Origin: Bacilli bacterium
GTDB lineage: Bacteria > Bacillota_I > Bacilli_A > RF39 > UBA660
Assembly: GCA_051886215.1 (NCBI GenBank)
Contig: JBJEXX010000016.1
Location: 4,877-68,876 of the forward strand
Direction of reading: 5' to 3'
Length of the DNA stretch: 64,000 nt
Position numbers and translations under genes: made by a program. Positions 16,931 to 26,654 of this stretch are shown piece by piece. A model generated the notes under the pieces. That model did no database searches. It was not told the DNA's origin and was given only the letters and a program-made list of their open reading frames with translations. Position 1 is the stretch's first letter; each line of letters begins with the position of its first letter.

Positions 16931-18715
16931 ATGAGAAAAGAAGAATTAAAGAAATTAGTTATTTCTAAAATATTTACTAAAAATGAACAAAAGTTTATAA
17001 ATGAGAAAGAACTGGATAGAATTATTTTTAAAGTGTTTTCAAATGAACAAGATATGGATTTTATATATAATATATTAGAAGATAATAATGTTAAAATAAA
17101 AAAATCAACTTCATATGATGAAGAAAATATGTCTATGAATTCTATCATAAAAGCATATTTGAATGAAATTTCTAAATATCCATTATTGACAAAAGAAGAA
17201 GAGTATTATTATTCAAAACTTGCTCAACAAGGTGATCAAAAAGCTTTTGAAATTATGAATAACTGTAATTTAAGGTTAGTGGTATCAATTGCGAAGAAAT
17301 ATGTTAATAGGAGTAGTTTGGATTTTGAAGATTTAATACAAGAAGGTAATATTGGCCTTATGAAAGCTATAAATAAATTTGATCCAGATAAAGGTAATAA
17401 GTTTTCAACTTATGCTACGTTTTGGATTAAACAAAATATAACTAGAGCTATGTATGATAATGGTAAAACTATAAGAATTCCTGTTCATGAACAAGAAAAA
17501 TTAAATAAAATTAAGCTAATTAATGAAACTTCTTTTTCAAAATTAGGTAGAAATATGACAATGAGAGAGCTCATAATTACTTATTATTCAAATTATTCTA
17601 GTATGAAAGATTTAATTACTAAAAATAATATAAATGAAAATGTAGATAGTTGTATAAATGTTATACCAGAGTTTTTAAAAGAAAATGTTAATTTAGATGA
17701 AATATCTAAAAAGCATTCAATATCAATCATAAAATTAAGGAAATTATCAGATGTTATAAATAGAGAAATCAAAATGACAGAGGAGTCTTTTACAAGGGAG
17801 AATATTCTATCTTTACATGTGCCAATTAATAATGAAGATGATAATTCTTTGTTAGAAAACTTTGTGGAGGATAAAAATACGAATTTATCTTTGGTGGTGG
17901 AGTCTTCTTTGTCTGTAGAAGAGATAAAAAAAGAAATCATTAATACTTTATCTAAAGAAGATAGTTATGACTCTGAAGGAAATTGTATTATTGGATCTAG
18001 AAAATTCACATATAGTCAACAACAGCAAATTTCAAAGTTTTATACAGAAGTCGTTAAAATTTGTCGTAAGAATAATATTGATGAATTAACAAATCAATTA
18101 GTAGAAGAAAATGAGGAATTTTATAATATAAAAATTTTAAATGATGAAATGAATAAAATTAATTATTATTATGAATTTAAAACTAAATATGAAGATATAA
18201 AAAATAAGTATTTAGATAGATTAGAAGCAATTTTAAAGATAAATAATATTGATACTGACTATATAAAGCTGTGTAAACAACAATTGTTAAAAAGATTAAA
18301 ATCAGATAATATTAATGATATTATAAATAGTAATCCTAAATTTATTAATCTTGTCGATATTCAGAATAATTTGTTTAGCGATATTATATATATATTACAA
18401 GCTAATTGTAATATAAAAATTGATTATTTATTAGAGTTTTGTAAATTTCATAATATAGTAAATAATCCTAAAAATGTTAATAATATATTTTGTTCTGTTT
18501 CAAATAATAAAACATTTGAACAAAATTACGAAATGTATTTAACTGCTTATAAAGAGATAAGAAATATTGATGTTTTAGTAAGAAGATTAGGATTAAATGA
18601 TAGAATTTATACTTTGGAAGAAATAGGTGAAATTTATGGTTGTACACGGGAAAGAGTTCGACAATTAGAAACTAAAGGTTTACGATTAGTTAAAAACAAA
18701 ATTAAAAAGATATAA
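16931..18715 (+). CDS. Sigma-70 family RNA polymerase sigma factor (594 aa) with a ~300-aa insertion between region 3 and region 4
   Basis: Region 1.2/2: SMNSIIKAYLNEISKYPLLTKEEE...DLIQEGNIGLMKAINKFDPDKGNKFSTYATFWIKQNITRAM. Region 3: TIRIPVHEQEKLNKI. Region 4 HTH only at the extreme C-terminus: YTLEEIGEIYGCTRERVRQLETKGLRLVKNKI. Confidence 0.7.
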   Translation: MRKEELKKLVISKIFTKNEQKFINEKELDRIIFKVFSNEQDMDFIYNILEDNNVKIKKSTSYDEENMSMNSIIKAYLNEISKYPLLTKEEEYYYSKLAQQGDQKAFEIMNNCNLRLVVSIAKKYVNRSSLDFEDLIQEGNIGLMKAINKFDPDKGNKFSTYATFWIKQNITRAMYDNGKTIRIPVHEQEKLNKIKLINETSFSKLGRNMTMRELIITYYSNYSSMKDLITKNNINENVDSCINVIPEFLKENVNLDEISKKHSISIIKLRKLSDVINREIKMTEESFTRENILSLHVPINNEDDNSLLENFVEDKNTNLSLVVESSLSVEEIKKEIINTLSKEDSYDSEGNCIIGSRKFTYSQQQQISKFYTEVVKICRKNNIDELTNQLVEENEEFYNIKILNDEMNKINYYYEFKTKYEDIKNKYLDRLEAILKINNIDTDYIKLCKQQLLKRLKSDNINDIINSNPKFINLVDIQNNLFSDIIYILQANCNIKIDYLLEFCKFHNIVNNPKNVNNIFCSVSNNKTFEQNYEMYLTAYKEIRNIDVLVRRLGLNDRIYTLEEIGEIYGCTRERVRQLETKGLRLVKNKIKKI

Positions 18716-18719
18716 TTAC

Positions 18720-18762
18720 AAAAGAGTAAAATAAATTTACATTTTTTTACTCTTTTGTTTTT
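18720..18762 (+). terminator. Strong Rho-independent terminator
   Basis: 12-bp perfect stem aaaagagtaaaa/ttttactctttt with a T-rich 3' side. Confidence 0.65.
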
Positions 18763-18780
18763 GTAAAAAAATGATGAATG

Positions 18781-18809
18781 TTGTAAAAAAATGTATATAA
18801 ATATATAAT
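18781..18809 (+). promoter_or_regulatory. Promoter for the VanW-family gene
   Basis: TTGTAA, 17-nt spacer, TATAAT. The -35 region is part of a 13-nt direct repeat, ttgtaaaaaaatg, present twice 21 bp apart. Confidence 0.4.
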
Positions 18810-18832
18810 TATTATGAGGTATTATAAATAGT

Positions 18833-20086
18833 ATGAAAAATAAGAATAAGTTAAAGCATAATATAATTATAATTGTATGTTTACTCATACTATTTTTGAT
18901 AATGGCTATATATTTTTATATTTTTACAAGTGGATATAATTTTATGGATAAATATAAGAATAAAGTTTATCCAAGTACTTATATATCTGGTAAAGATATA
19001 TCTAATATGAGTGATAAAGATTTATCTTTGTATTTAGTAAATTTGGAAAATGATATTCAAAATATTAAAGTCAGTATAAATATAAATGAAAGGAATTATA
19101 ATTATAAGCTTGAAAATTTAGGCGTTTATATTAATAAAGAAGAAATTATACAGCAAGTTTTATATAATAATGAAAAAACTTCTTTATATGCTTCTATAAA
19201 AAGATTGTTTAATGGAGGTACTGATAAATATAATTATAAAATAATATATAGTGAAGTTAATATTAAAGATTTTGTGAATAATTTAAAGAAACAAGTTGAT
19301 ATTGAAGGCTTGTCTGGTGAATTGAAAATGACTGATAGAAATTTAAGTTATGAAGGTTATAAAGAAGGTTACAGTCTTGATAAAGAAAAGCTTATAGAAA
19401 CTATTGAAACTGAGATTTATAAAAGTTTAAAAAATAATGATATAAATGATATTAAAGTTATAAAAATTAATGCTAGTGGAAAAAAGATTGATAAAAGTAA
19501 CAAAGATTTATCTTCTATTAATAAAAAAGTTTCTACTTTTGCAACTAAATATTTTCATGATACTGCTAGAGATCAAAATTTAAAAATGGCACTTAATTCA
19601 ATTGATAAAGTAGTGGTGATGCCTGGAGAAGAATTTTCTTTTTTCGATTATGCAGGTCCATATGATAAAGAAGGATATTTAAAATATGATGATATGATTG
19701 GTAATGGTGTATGTCAGGTTTCTACAACCTTATATAATGCTTTACTATTAATGGGTATTAAAGCCACTGATAGAAGTGTTCATAGTGAAGTAACAGAATA
19801 TGTTGCTGGTGGACTTGATGCAATGGTAGCTTCAAATGGAAATGAAAGTTTATCTGATTTTAAGTTTAAAAACACTTTAAGTTATCCTATATATATTTCT
19901 GCTTATCTTGAAGATGATTTCATCAAAATAGATATATGGAGTAATGAAAAATCTCTTTTAGGATATACATATAAAAGTGAATCTGTAAAAAGAAATAACT
20001 ATGTTTATGATAGTTATTTATATACTTATAAAGATAATAAAATTATCAATAAAGAATATCTAGCTACTAATAGTTATAAAAATTAA
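18833..20086 (+). CDS. VanW-family protein (membrane-anchored, extracytoplasmic)
   Basis: N-terminal TM segment. VanW-like core: VSTFATKYFHDTARDQNLKMALNSIDKVVVMPGEEFSFFDYAGP...GNGVCQVSTTLYNALLLMGIKATDRSVHS. Confidence 0.6.
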   Translation: MKNKNKLKHNIIIIVCLLILFLIMAIYFYIFTSGYNFMDKYKNKVYPSTYISGKDISNMSDKDLSLYLVNLENDIQNIKVSININERNYNYKLENLGVYINKEEIIQQVLYNNEKTSLYASIKRLFNGGTDKYNYKIIYSEVNIKDFVNNLKKQVDIEGLSGELKMTDRNLSYEGYKEGYSLDKEKLIETIETEIYKSLKNNDINDIKVIKINASGKKIDKSNKDLSSINKKVSTFATKYFHDTARDQNLKMALNSIDKVVVMPGEEFSFFDYAGPYDKEGYLKYDDMIGNGVCQVSTTLYNALLLMGIKATDRSVHSEVTEYVAGGLDAMVASNGNESLSDFKFKNTLSYPIYISAYLEDDFIKIDIWSNEKSLLGYTYKSESVKRNNYVYDSYLYTYKDNKIINKEYLATNSYKN

Positions 20087-20088
20087 TA

Positions 20089-20118
20089 AAAAAGGTTTCT
20101 TATTTGGAAACCTTTTTA
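20089..20118. terminator. Bidirectional terminator between the convergent VanW-like gene and mscL
   Basis: aaaggtttc/gaaaccttt 9-bp stem flanked by an A-run (5') and a T-run (3'). It overlaps the last mscL codons. Confidence 0.5.
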
Positions 20119-20507
20119 CTTGTTTTATTTTTATCTTTTTTTAATTCATCTCGTATTTCTTTTAATATAGATAATTCTGTTTCAACAGGTTTATCTTCTT
20201 TTTTATTTTCTTCTTTTTTTAGATGAGTAAGTTTGTTAACTATTTTAACAAATATAAATACACAGAATGCAATAATTAGAAAATCAATTATATTTTGAAT
20301 GAACATACCATAACTAATAGTTGCATCTTTAAATTTGATAGCTAATGATGAAAAATCAACACCACCAAGTAATAGCCCAATTATTGGCATTAAAATGTCA
20401 TTTACTAAAGATGTAACAATTTTACCAAATGCACCTCCTATAATAACACCTACTGCTAAGTCAACAACGTTTCCTCTAGCGATAAATTCTTTAAATTCTT
20501 TTATCAT
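20100..20507 (-). CDS. mscL: Large-conductance mechanosensitive channel
   Basis: [55 protein letters not shown] is the canonical MscL N-terminus/TM1. 135 aa. Confidence 0.85.
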   Translation of the reverse strand: MIKEFKEFIARGNVVDLAVGVIIGGAFGKIVTSLVNDILMPIIGLLLGGVDFSSLAIKFKDATISYGMFIQNIIDFLIIAFCVFIFVKIVNKLTHLKKEENKKEDKPVETELSILKEIRDELKKDKNKTSKKVSK

Positions 20508-20571
20508 AATATACCTCCTAGTTAGATTATACCATATAAATATATTTTAATCTTTTTAAGAGTTATATTTC

Positions 20572-20600
20572 TTTACAAAATAAAAAAATATTATTATAAT
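20572..20600 (+). promoter_or_regulatory. Sigma-A-type promoter for the TasA-like gene
   Basis: TTTACA, 17-nt spacer, TATAAT. Confidence 0.4.
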
Positions 20601-20624
20601 TAAACTATAATAGGTGAGGTTCTT

Positions 20625-21197
20625 ATGAAAAAAGATAAAAATAATGAAAAGAAAAAAAGAATATTAATAATTGCTTTATTAATTTTAATATTTTTATTAG
20701 TTATTGGTATTACTTTTGCTTGGTTCCGTTTTAATGATTTTAGTAAACATATTAATAGTATAACTACTGGAAAATTAGAAGTTAGATTAGATGAATATGA
20801 TGGTAAAAATATAGAATTATTAAATACCTATCCCATGACAGATAATTCAGGAATACAAACTAAAGCCTATGAGTTTACAATTGTTAATCACTCTAATTAT
20901 AAGTTAAATTATTATATTAGATTAATAGAAGATGAAGAAGCTATAAAAAAATGTGGATGTAAAGACAATTTATTAGATGATAGTGTAATTAGATATCAAT
21001 TAATAAGAAATGATTCTTATATAAATATTGATACATTAGTTAATAAAGATGATTGGATATTAGATAATTATAAATTGGACGCAAATGGTAAAATGAATTA
21101 TAGTTTAAGATTATGGCTATATGAAAATGCAGAAAATGAATATATGGGTAAACATTTTCATGCCAAAATAGAAGTAAAAGTTGTAGAAGATAAGTAA
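20625..21197 (+). CDS. TasA/CalY/camelysin-family (SipW-cognate signal peptide) secreted protein
   Basis: N-terminus ...LLVIGITFAWFRFNDFSKHINSITTGKLEVRLDE parallels the TasA/camelysin signature ...GGGTWAAFNDIKSKDATFASGTLDLS. About 190 aa with a beta-rich remainder. Confidence 0.45.
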   Translation: MKKDKNNEKKKRILIIALLILIFLLVIGITFAWFRFNDFSKHINSITTGKLEVRLDEYDGKNIELLNTYPMTDNSGIQTKAYEFTIVNHSNYKLNYYIRLIEDEEAIKKCGCKDNLLDDSVIRYQLIRNDSYINIDTLVNKDDWILDNYKLDANGKMNYSLRLWLYENAENEYMGKHFHAKIEVKVVEDK

Positions 21198-21198
21198 T

Positions 21199-22359
21199 AT
21201 GAAAAAGAAACCATTAAGAAGAGTTGATAAGTCGTTATTAATTGTAACAGTTCTATTATTTATAATAGGGTTGGTTATGATTTTTTCTGCGTCTAATGTT
21301 ACGGCTTATATTAAACAAGGAGATAGTCCATATATATATTTTATAAAACAAGCTATTTTTTTAGTAGGTGGAAGTATATTATTTATAATTTTTATTCATA
21401 CTGATACAAAAAAATATAAAAAAATATTTGGATTTTTATTTTACATAACTATTATTTTGTTAGGAATATTATTAGTTCATGGAAAAGCAACTAATGGGGC
21501 GACAAGTTGGTTTAGTATTTTAGGATTTGGCTTGCAACCAAGTGAATTTTTTAAAGTCTTTTCTATTATTTGGTTAGCTACTTACTATGAATCAAAAAAA
21601 GGTAGTTTAAATAATTATGTATCTTGTTTATATCCTATATTTATGTGTGGAGTAGGGGCAATATTAATATTTTTACAACCGGATTTAGGAACATTTTTAA
21701 TTTATGCCGGGATAGTTTCATTAGTTTTTTTTGCTATACCTATGAGTAAAGAAATAAAGCAAAAAGTATTTATGTTAGCTTTAGGTATGATTGCTGTTTT
21801 CTCTATAGTATTATTAACAGCGGGAAAAAGTATTATAAATGAAACTCAGATGGCTAGAATAACAGAATTTTCTAATCCTTGTTCAAAGTTTATTACTTCA
21901 GGAAATCAAGTTTGTAATGGTTATATTGCTATAAATAATGGTGGTTTATTTGGTGTTGGATTAGGTAATAGTACTCAAAAATATTTATATTTACCAGAAC
22001 CATATACAGATTTTATTTTCGCTATTATTATGGAAGAATTGGGACTTATTGTTTCTATTGGTATAATTATATTATTAATGTTTGTAATATATAGAGTAAT
22101 TATGATAGGTAGAAAGAGTTATACAGATCGTGGAGCCACTATTTGTTATGGTGTCGCTATATACATCTTTCTACATATTTTAATAAATTTAGGAGGATTA
22201 TTTGGTTTAATGCCTCTAACTGGAGTACCACTTCCATTCTTATCATATGGTGGTAGTTATACTATAAGTTTAGTAATTGCTTTAATTGCGGTACAAAGAG
22301 TTCATATTGAAACGAAAATGTATGAAGAAGAATTATTAAAAAAACAAAATCAATTTTAG
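21199..22359 (+). CDS. SEDS-family peptidoglycan glycosyltransferase (FtsW/RodA/SpoVE)
   Basis: Ten-TM architecture. Conserved SEDS blocks: NGATSWFSILGFGLQPSEF, FLQPDLGT, GGLFGVGLGNSTQKYLYLPEPYTDFIFA and PLTGVPLPFLSYGGS. Confidence 0.8.
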   Translation: MKKKPLRRVDKSLLIVTVLLFIIGLVMIFSASNVTAYIKQGDSPYIYFIKQAIFLVGGSILFIIFIHTDTKKYKKIFGFLFYITIILLGILLVHGKATNGATSWFSILGFGLQPSEFFKVFSIIWLATYYESKKGSLNNYVSCLYPIFMCGVGAILIFLQPDLGTFLIYAGIVSLVFFAIPMSKEIKQKVFMLALGMIAVFSIVLLTAGKSIINETQMARITEFSNPCSKFITSGNQVCNGYIAINNGGLFGVGLGNSTQKYLYLPEPYTDFIFAIIMEELGLIVSIGIIILLMFVIYRVIMIGRKSYTDRGATICYGVAIYIFLHILINLGGLFGLMPLTGVPLPFLSYGGSYTISLVIALIAVQRVHIETKMYEEELLKKQNQF

Positions 22360-22407
22360 GAATAATTAAAATATTAGGAAACAATCTTTATAGGAGGTTG
22401 TTTTTTT

Positions 22408-23097
22408 ATGAAAGATTATACAAGTATAAAAAAGATAATATTAATTGTTGTTATAATTATTGCAATTATTTCTAGTTGTGTATATGGAATTATTTATTAT
22501 AAAAAACAAGAAAAAGAAAGTTTTGAAATAAGTGATAATTTAAATAAACCTAAAATTACAAATACTACTAAAAGTTCAACTGAAGAAAAAAGTAATTTGG
22601 TAGTAGATATAAAAGGAGAAATACAAAATCCAGGAATATATAGAGTAGAAAAAAATACTAGAGTAATAGATGTAATTAATATGGCAGGTGGATTAACAGA
22701 TAATGCTGATACATCAGTTATAAATTTAAGCAAAAAAATAACTGATGAAATGGTTATAATAATTTATTCTAAACAAGAAGTAATTAACTTTGTTGAAACA
22801 AAAAAACAAGAACAAGAAAAATTAAGTATTTGTAATGAACAAGAAGTAGTAAATGGTGCTTGTATAAAAGATAGTATAACTACTACTAATGAAGATAATA
22901 TAACAGGTAAAATAAATATAAATACTGCTACTACGGAGGAACTACAAAATCTTCCAGGAATAGGTGAGGCTAAAGCTAAAAATATAGTTAAATATCGTGA
23001 AGAAAATGGTAATTTTACTAAAATAGAAGATTTAAAAGAAGTAACAGGAATAGGAGATAGTATATATGATCAAATTAAGGACTATATTACTATCTAA
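22408..23097 (+). CDS. comEA: Competence protein ComEA (DNA receptor, tandem helix-hairpin-helix)
   Basis: TM anchor, SLBB-like middle (VDIKGEIQNPGIYRVEKNTRVIDVINMAGG) and a C-terminal HhH pair (ININTATTEELQNLPGIGEAKAKNIVKYREENGNFTKIEDLKEVTGIG). Confidence 0.75.
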   Translation: MKDYTSIKKIILIVVIIIAIISSCVYGIIYYKKQEKESFEISDNLNKPKITNTTKSSTEEKSNLVVDIKGEIQNPGIYRVEKNTRVIDVINMAGGLTDNADTSVINLSKKITDEMVIIIYSKQEVINFVETKKQEQEKLSICNEQEVVNGACIKDSITTTNEDNITGKININTATTEELQNLPGIGEAKAKNIVKYREENGNFTKIEDLKEVTGIGDSIYDQIKDYITI

Positions 23098-25135
23098 TAA
23101 ATTATATATTCTTATATTGATAATAGTAAGTTTTATTACTTTAATTAGAGTGAATATCAATTATAAAAGTAATTTTAAAAATGAAAATATAATAAAAGGT
23201 AAAGTTCAAGACATTTATATAGATGGTCCATATTTAAAAATAACTTTAAAATCAAAAGATAAAATAATATGTAATTATTATTTTAAAAATAAAGAAGAAT
23301 TAAAAAATTTTGATATTAAATTAGGAGATTTAATCGTTTTAAATGGATCGTTAGAAAATCCTAAAAATAATACTATACCTAATGTTTTTAATTATAAAAA
23401 ATATTTAAAATATAATAAAATTTATTATACTTTTAAAGTAGAAAGTTATAAAAAAATAAAAAATAATAATTCTATATTTTATTATTTTAAAAATATAATT
23501 ATTAATCATATAAATAAGTATAAATCATCTTCTTATTTAAAGGCTTTTATTTTGGGAGATACATCATACATAGATAGAAATGTATATAAAGCCTTTCAAG
23601 AAATAGGAATTTCTCATTTATTCGCTATATCCGGAATGCATATTTCTTTTTTATCAGGAATAATTTTATTTATTTTAAAAAAGTTAAAAGTAGAAGAAAA
23701 TAAAAGATATATAATCACTTCTGTAATATTATTTTTATATTTATTAATATGCTTTTCAGCATCTGTATTAAGAAGTTTCCTTTTTTTCTTTTTATTATCA
23801 ATAAATAAAATATATTATTTTTATATTAAGACAATTAATATTTTTATTTTAACTTTATCTATATCTTTATTAATAAATCCTTTTTTTATATATAATATTG
23901 GATTCTTATTTTCTTATATAATAAGTTTCTATTTAATTATTTTAAGTGAATATTTAAAAAAATTAACCAAAATAAAACAAACTATTATAGTATCAATCAT
24001 ATCTTTTTTAGTATCTTTTCCTCTTTCTATATATAATTTTTATCAAGTTAATATTTTAGCTATTATTTATAATTTGTTTTTTGTTCCACTAATATCTATA
24101 TTTTTATTTCCTTTTACTTTGATTACTTTTTTTATTCCGTTTTTAGATAATATTTTATTTTTTATAATAAATATTTTTGAATATATAGTTTTAATTTTAA
24201 ATAAGATAAATATATTTAAAATTATATTAGTAAAACCTTATATGATTGTTATTTTTATTTATTATTTAGTTATTACTTTATTGTTATTAAAACGTCAAAA
24301 AAAATATTTAGTTGTATTTTTATTAATGATATTTTTTCATTATAATGTAAATAACATTTTTTCTAGTAATTATTTAATAATGATAGATGTGGGTCAAGGA
24401 GATAGTATTCTTATTCATTTTAAAAATAAAAATATATTAATAGATACAGGAGGTATTTTTAATAATAATTCTTTTAAAAGAACTAGAACTTATGATTTAA
24501 GTGAAAGTACTTTATGTATGTTAAAATCTTTTGGAATAAGAAAACTAGATTTTTTAATTTTAACTCATGGGGACTCCGATCATATGGGAGAAGCTATTAA
24601 TTTAGTAGAAAACTTCAAAGTAGAGAAAGTTATATTTAACGTAGGAGATTATAATTATTTAGAGGAAGAATTAATAAAAATTTTAAATAAAAAAAGAATT
24701 AAATATTATAAAAATATAGAAAATTTAGATATTAATGGCAGTAAATTATATTTTTTAAATACTAAAATCTATGATAATGAGAATGATAATTCAAATGTTA
24801 TTTATTTTGAATTTAATAATTATAAGTTTCTATTTATGGGAGATGCAGGAATAGAAAAAGAAAAAGATATTCTAGTTAGATATGATTTAAAGGATATAGA
24901 TTTTTTAAAGATAGGTCATCATGGATCTAATACTTCTTCTAGTAAAGAGTTTATAGAAAGTGTTAATCTTAAATATAGTTTAATATCAGTAGGCTCCAAC
25001 AATAGATATGGACATCCAAAGGATAAAGTATTAGATGATTTAAAAAATAGTAAGATTTATAGAACAGATTTAGATGGGAGTATAGAAATAAAATTAAATA
25101 AAAATGGATATAGAATTAGGACATATACGCCATAG
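23066..25135 (+). CDS. comEC: DNA internalisation competence protein ComEC/Rec2 with C-terminal metallo-beta-lactamase domain
   Basis: Polytopic competence domain, then IMIDVGQGDSILIH...LILTHGDSDHMGEA...FMGDAG...GHHGS (MBL motifs). 32-nt overlap with comEA. Confidence 0.8.
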   Translation: MIKLRTILLSNKLYILILIIVSFITLIRVNINYKSNFKNENIIKGKVQDIYIDGPYLKITLKSKDKIICNYYFKNKEELKNFDIKLGDLIVLNGSLENPKNNTIPNVFNYKKYLKYNKIYYTFKVESYKKIKNNNSIFYYFKNIIINHINKYKSSSYLKAFILGDTSYIDRNVYKAFQEIGISHLFAISGMHISFLSGIILFILKKLKVEENKRYIITSVILFLYLLICFSASVLRSFLFFFLLSINKIYYFYIKTINIFILTLSISLLINPFFIYNIGFLFSYIISFYLIILSEYLKKLTKIKQTIIVSIISFLVSFPLSIYNFYQVNILAIIYNLFFVPLISIFLFPFTLITFFIPFLDNILFFIINIFEYIVLILNKINIFKIILVKPYMIVIFIYYLVITLLLLKRQKKYLVVFLLMIFFHYNVNNIFSSNYLIMIDVGQGDSILIHFKNKNILIDTGGIFNNNSFKRTRTYDLSESTLCMLKSFGIRKLDFLILTHGDSDHMGEAINLVENFKVEKVIFNVGDYNYLEEELIKILNKKRIKYYKNIENLDINGSKLYFLNTKIYDNENDNSNVIYFEFNNYKFLFMGDAGIEKEKDILVRYDLKDIDFLKIGHHGSNTSSSKEFIESVNLKYSLISVGSNNRYGHPKDKVLDDLKNSKIYRTDLDGSIEIKLNKNGYRIRTYTP

Positions 25136-25149
25136 AGAGGAGAATTAAA

Positions 25150-26040
25150 ATGAATTATTATGATGAGATAAAAAATAAGATAATAGATAATGAAGTATAT
25201 TCAAGAGTAAAAGATTATTCAAAGGAAAGAAATACTGTTATTACATATTTTGAAATCGGCAAATTATTAAATGAAGCAGGTGGTAAATATGGAGATAATA
25301 TTATTGATGAATATTCTAAAAGATTAGTCGTTGATGTTGGAAAGAAATATAATCGCAGAACATTATTTAGAATGAAGCAATTTTATAATGTGTTTAGTAA
25401 TGAAAAAGTGTCAACGCTGTTGACACAATTAAGTTGGTCACACTACTTGTTATTAATATCATTAAATGATTTTGATGAAATAATATATTATATTAACGTA
25501 GCTAAAGATAACAATTTATCACAAAGACAACTACAAGAAAGAATTAAAAATAATGAGTACAAAAGATTACCTATAGAAACAAGAAATAAAATAACAAATA
25601 ATGAATCGCTTAATATTAAAGATTTAGTACCTAATCCCATATTGATTAGAAATATAAATAATTTTGAAATAATTACGGAAAAAGTACTGCAAAATTTAAT
25701 ACTTGAAGATATTGAATCATTTATGAAAGAATTAGGTAATAATTTTAGTTTCATTGGTAGTAAATATAAAATTAAGATTGGTGATAATTATCATAAAATA
25801 GATTTACTATTATTTAATATAAAATATAATTCATATGTAGTTATTGAATTAAAGATTACTGAATTTAAAGTTGAATACATTTCGCAAGTACAAAAGTATA
25901 TGAACTATATTGATAAAAACTTAAAAGAAATTAGTAATAATAATACTATTGGAATAATTATCTGTAAGAAAGAAAATAGGTTTGTGATTGAGTACTGTTC
26001 TGATGAAAGAATTGCTGTAAGAGAATATCAATTAGTGTGA
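25150..26040 (+). CDS. DUF1016 / YhcG-family PDDEXK nuclease (paralog A)
   Basis: N-terminal LSWSHY block (typical of YhcG/DUF1016) and a C-terminal PD-(D/E)xK core (IDLLLFN...VVIELKITE). RBS GGAG upstream. Confidence 0.7.
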   Translation: MNYYDEIKNKIIDNEVYSRVKDYSKERNTVITYFEIGKLLNEAGGKYGDNIIDEYSKRLVVDVGKKYNRRTLFRMKQFYNVFSNEKVSTLLTQLSWSHYLLLISLNDFDEIIYYINVAKDNNLSQRQLQERIKNNEYKRLPIETRNKITNNESLNIKDLVPNPILIRNINNFEIITEKVLQNLILEDIESFMKELGNNFSFIGSKYKIKIGDNYHKIDLLLFNIKYNSYVVIELKITEFKVEYISQVQKYMNYIDKNLKEISNNNTIGIIICKKENRFVIEYCSDERIAVREYQLV

Positions 26041-26147
26041 TATAATATATATAGGAAGTGAATTATATGTACTATCATGTATCACAAACAAAAAATATTA
26101 ATATTTAGAACCTAGAATTTCAAATCATAATAAACCCTTAATATACT

Positions 26148-26479
26148 TTTCAAATAAAAGAGAAAATGTTTTAGTATATCTAAGCAATGCAGTAGAAAAG
26201 TATTGTAAAGAGAGTAATTTTAATTATAATGGAATTTGGAGCAAATGGGCATCTTACGGATTTACAAAAGATGGGGTGTTAGAAATACAAGAATATTATC
26301 CGAATGCCACTTATGAAACCTACCATGGTGTTAGTGGGTATATATATTCTACTGATAGTATACCAAATGTTGAAAAACAAGAAGATATTCCAAATGCTTT
26401 TCATACTAGCGAGAATGTGGAAGTTACTCATTGTGAATATATAGAAGATGCATATAAAGAAATACAAAAAGAAATATAG
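26148..26479 (+). pseudogene. Start-less open frame / gene remnant of unknown family
   Basis: The frame is open from the TAA at 26145 to 26479 with no ATG, and it reads protein-like sequence (…NGIWSKWASYGFTKDGVLEIQEYYPNATYETYHGVSGYIYSTDS...). Upstream frames from the ATG at 26068 are interrupted by stops. The ORF-track call (26276..26479) uses a TTG start. Confidence 0.25.
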
Positions 26480-26654
26480 TCCTAGTTAAATATGAGGAGT
26501 TTATTAAAACTAGCAAAGATTAGTTATATAAGACTATACAACAAGAGTATGATGAAGCAGTCGTGCATCCAGAATATAGTCATTTTTTAATCAATAAATT
26601 TCCATTTATAAATAAATAAAATAGAACTATCAATTTTGATGGTTTTTTCTTTTG

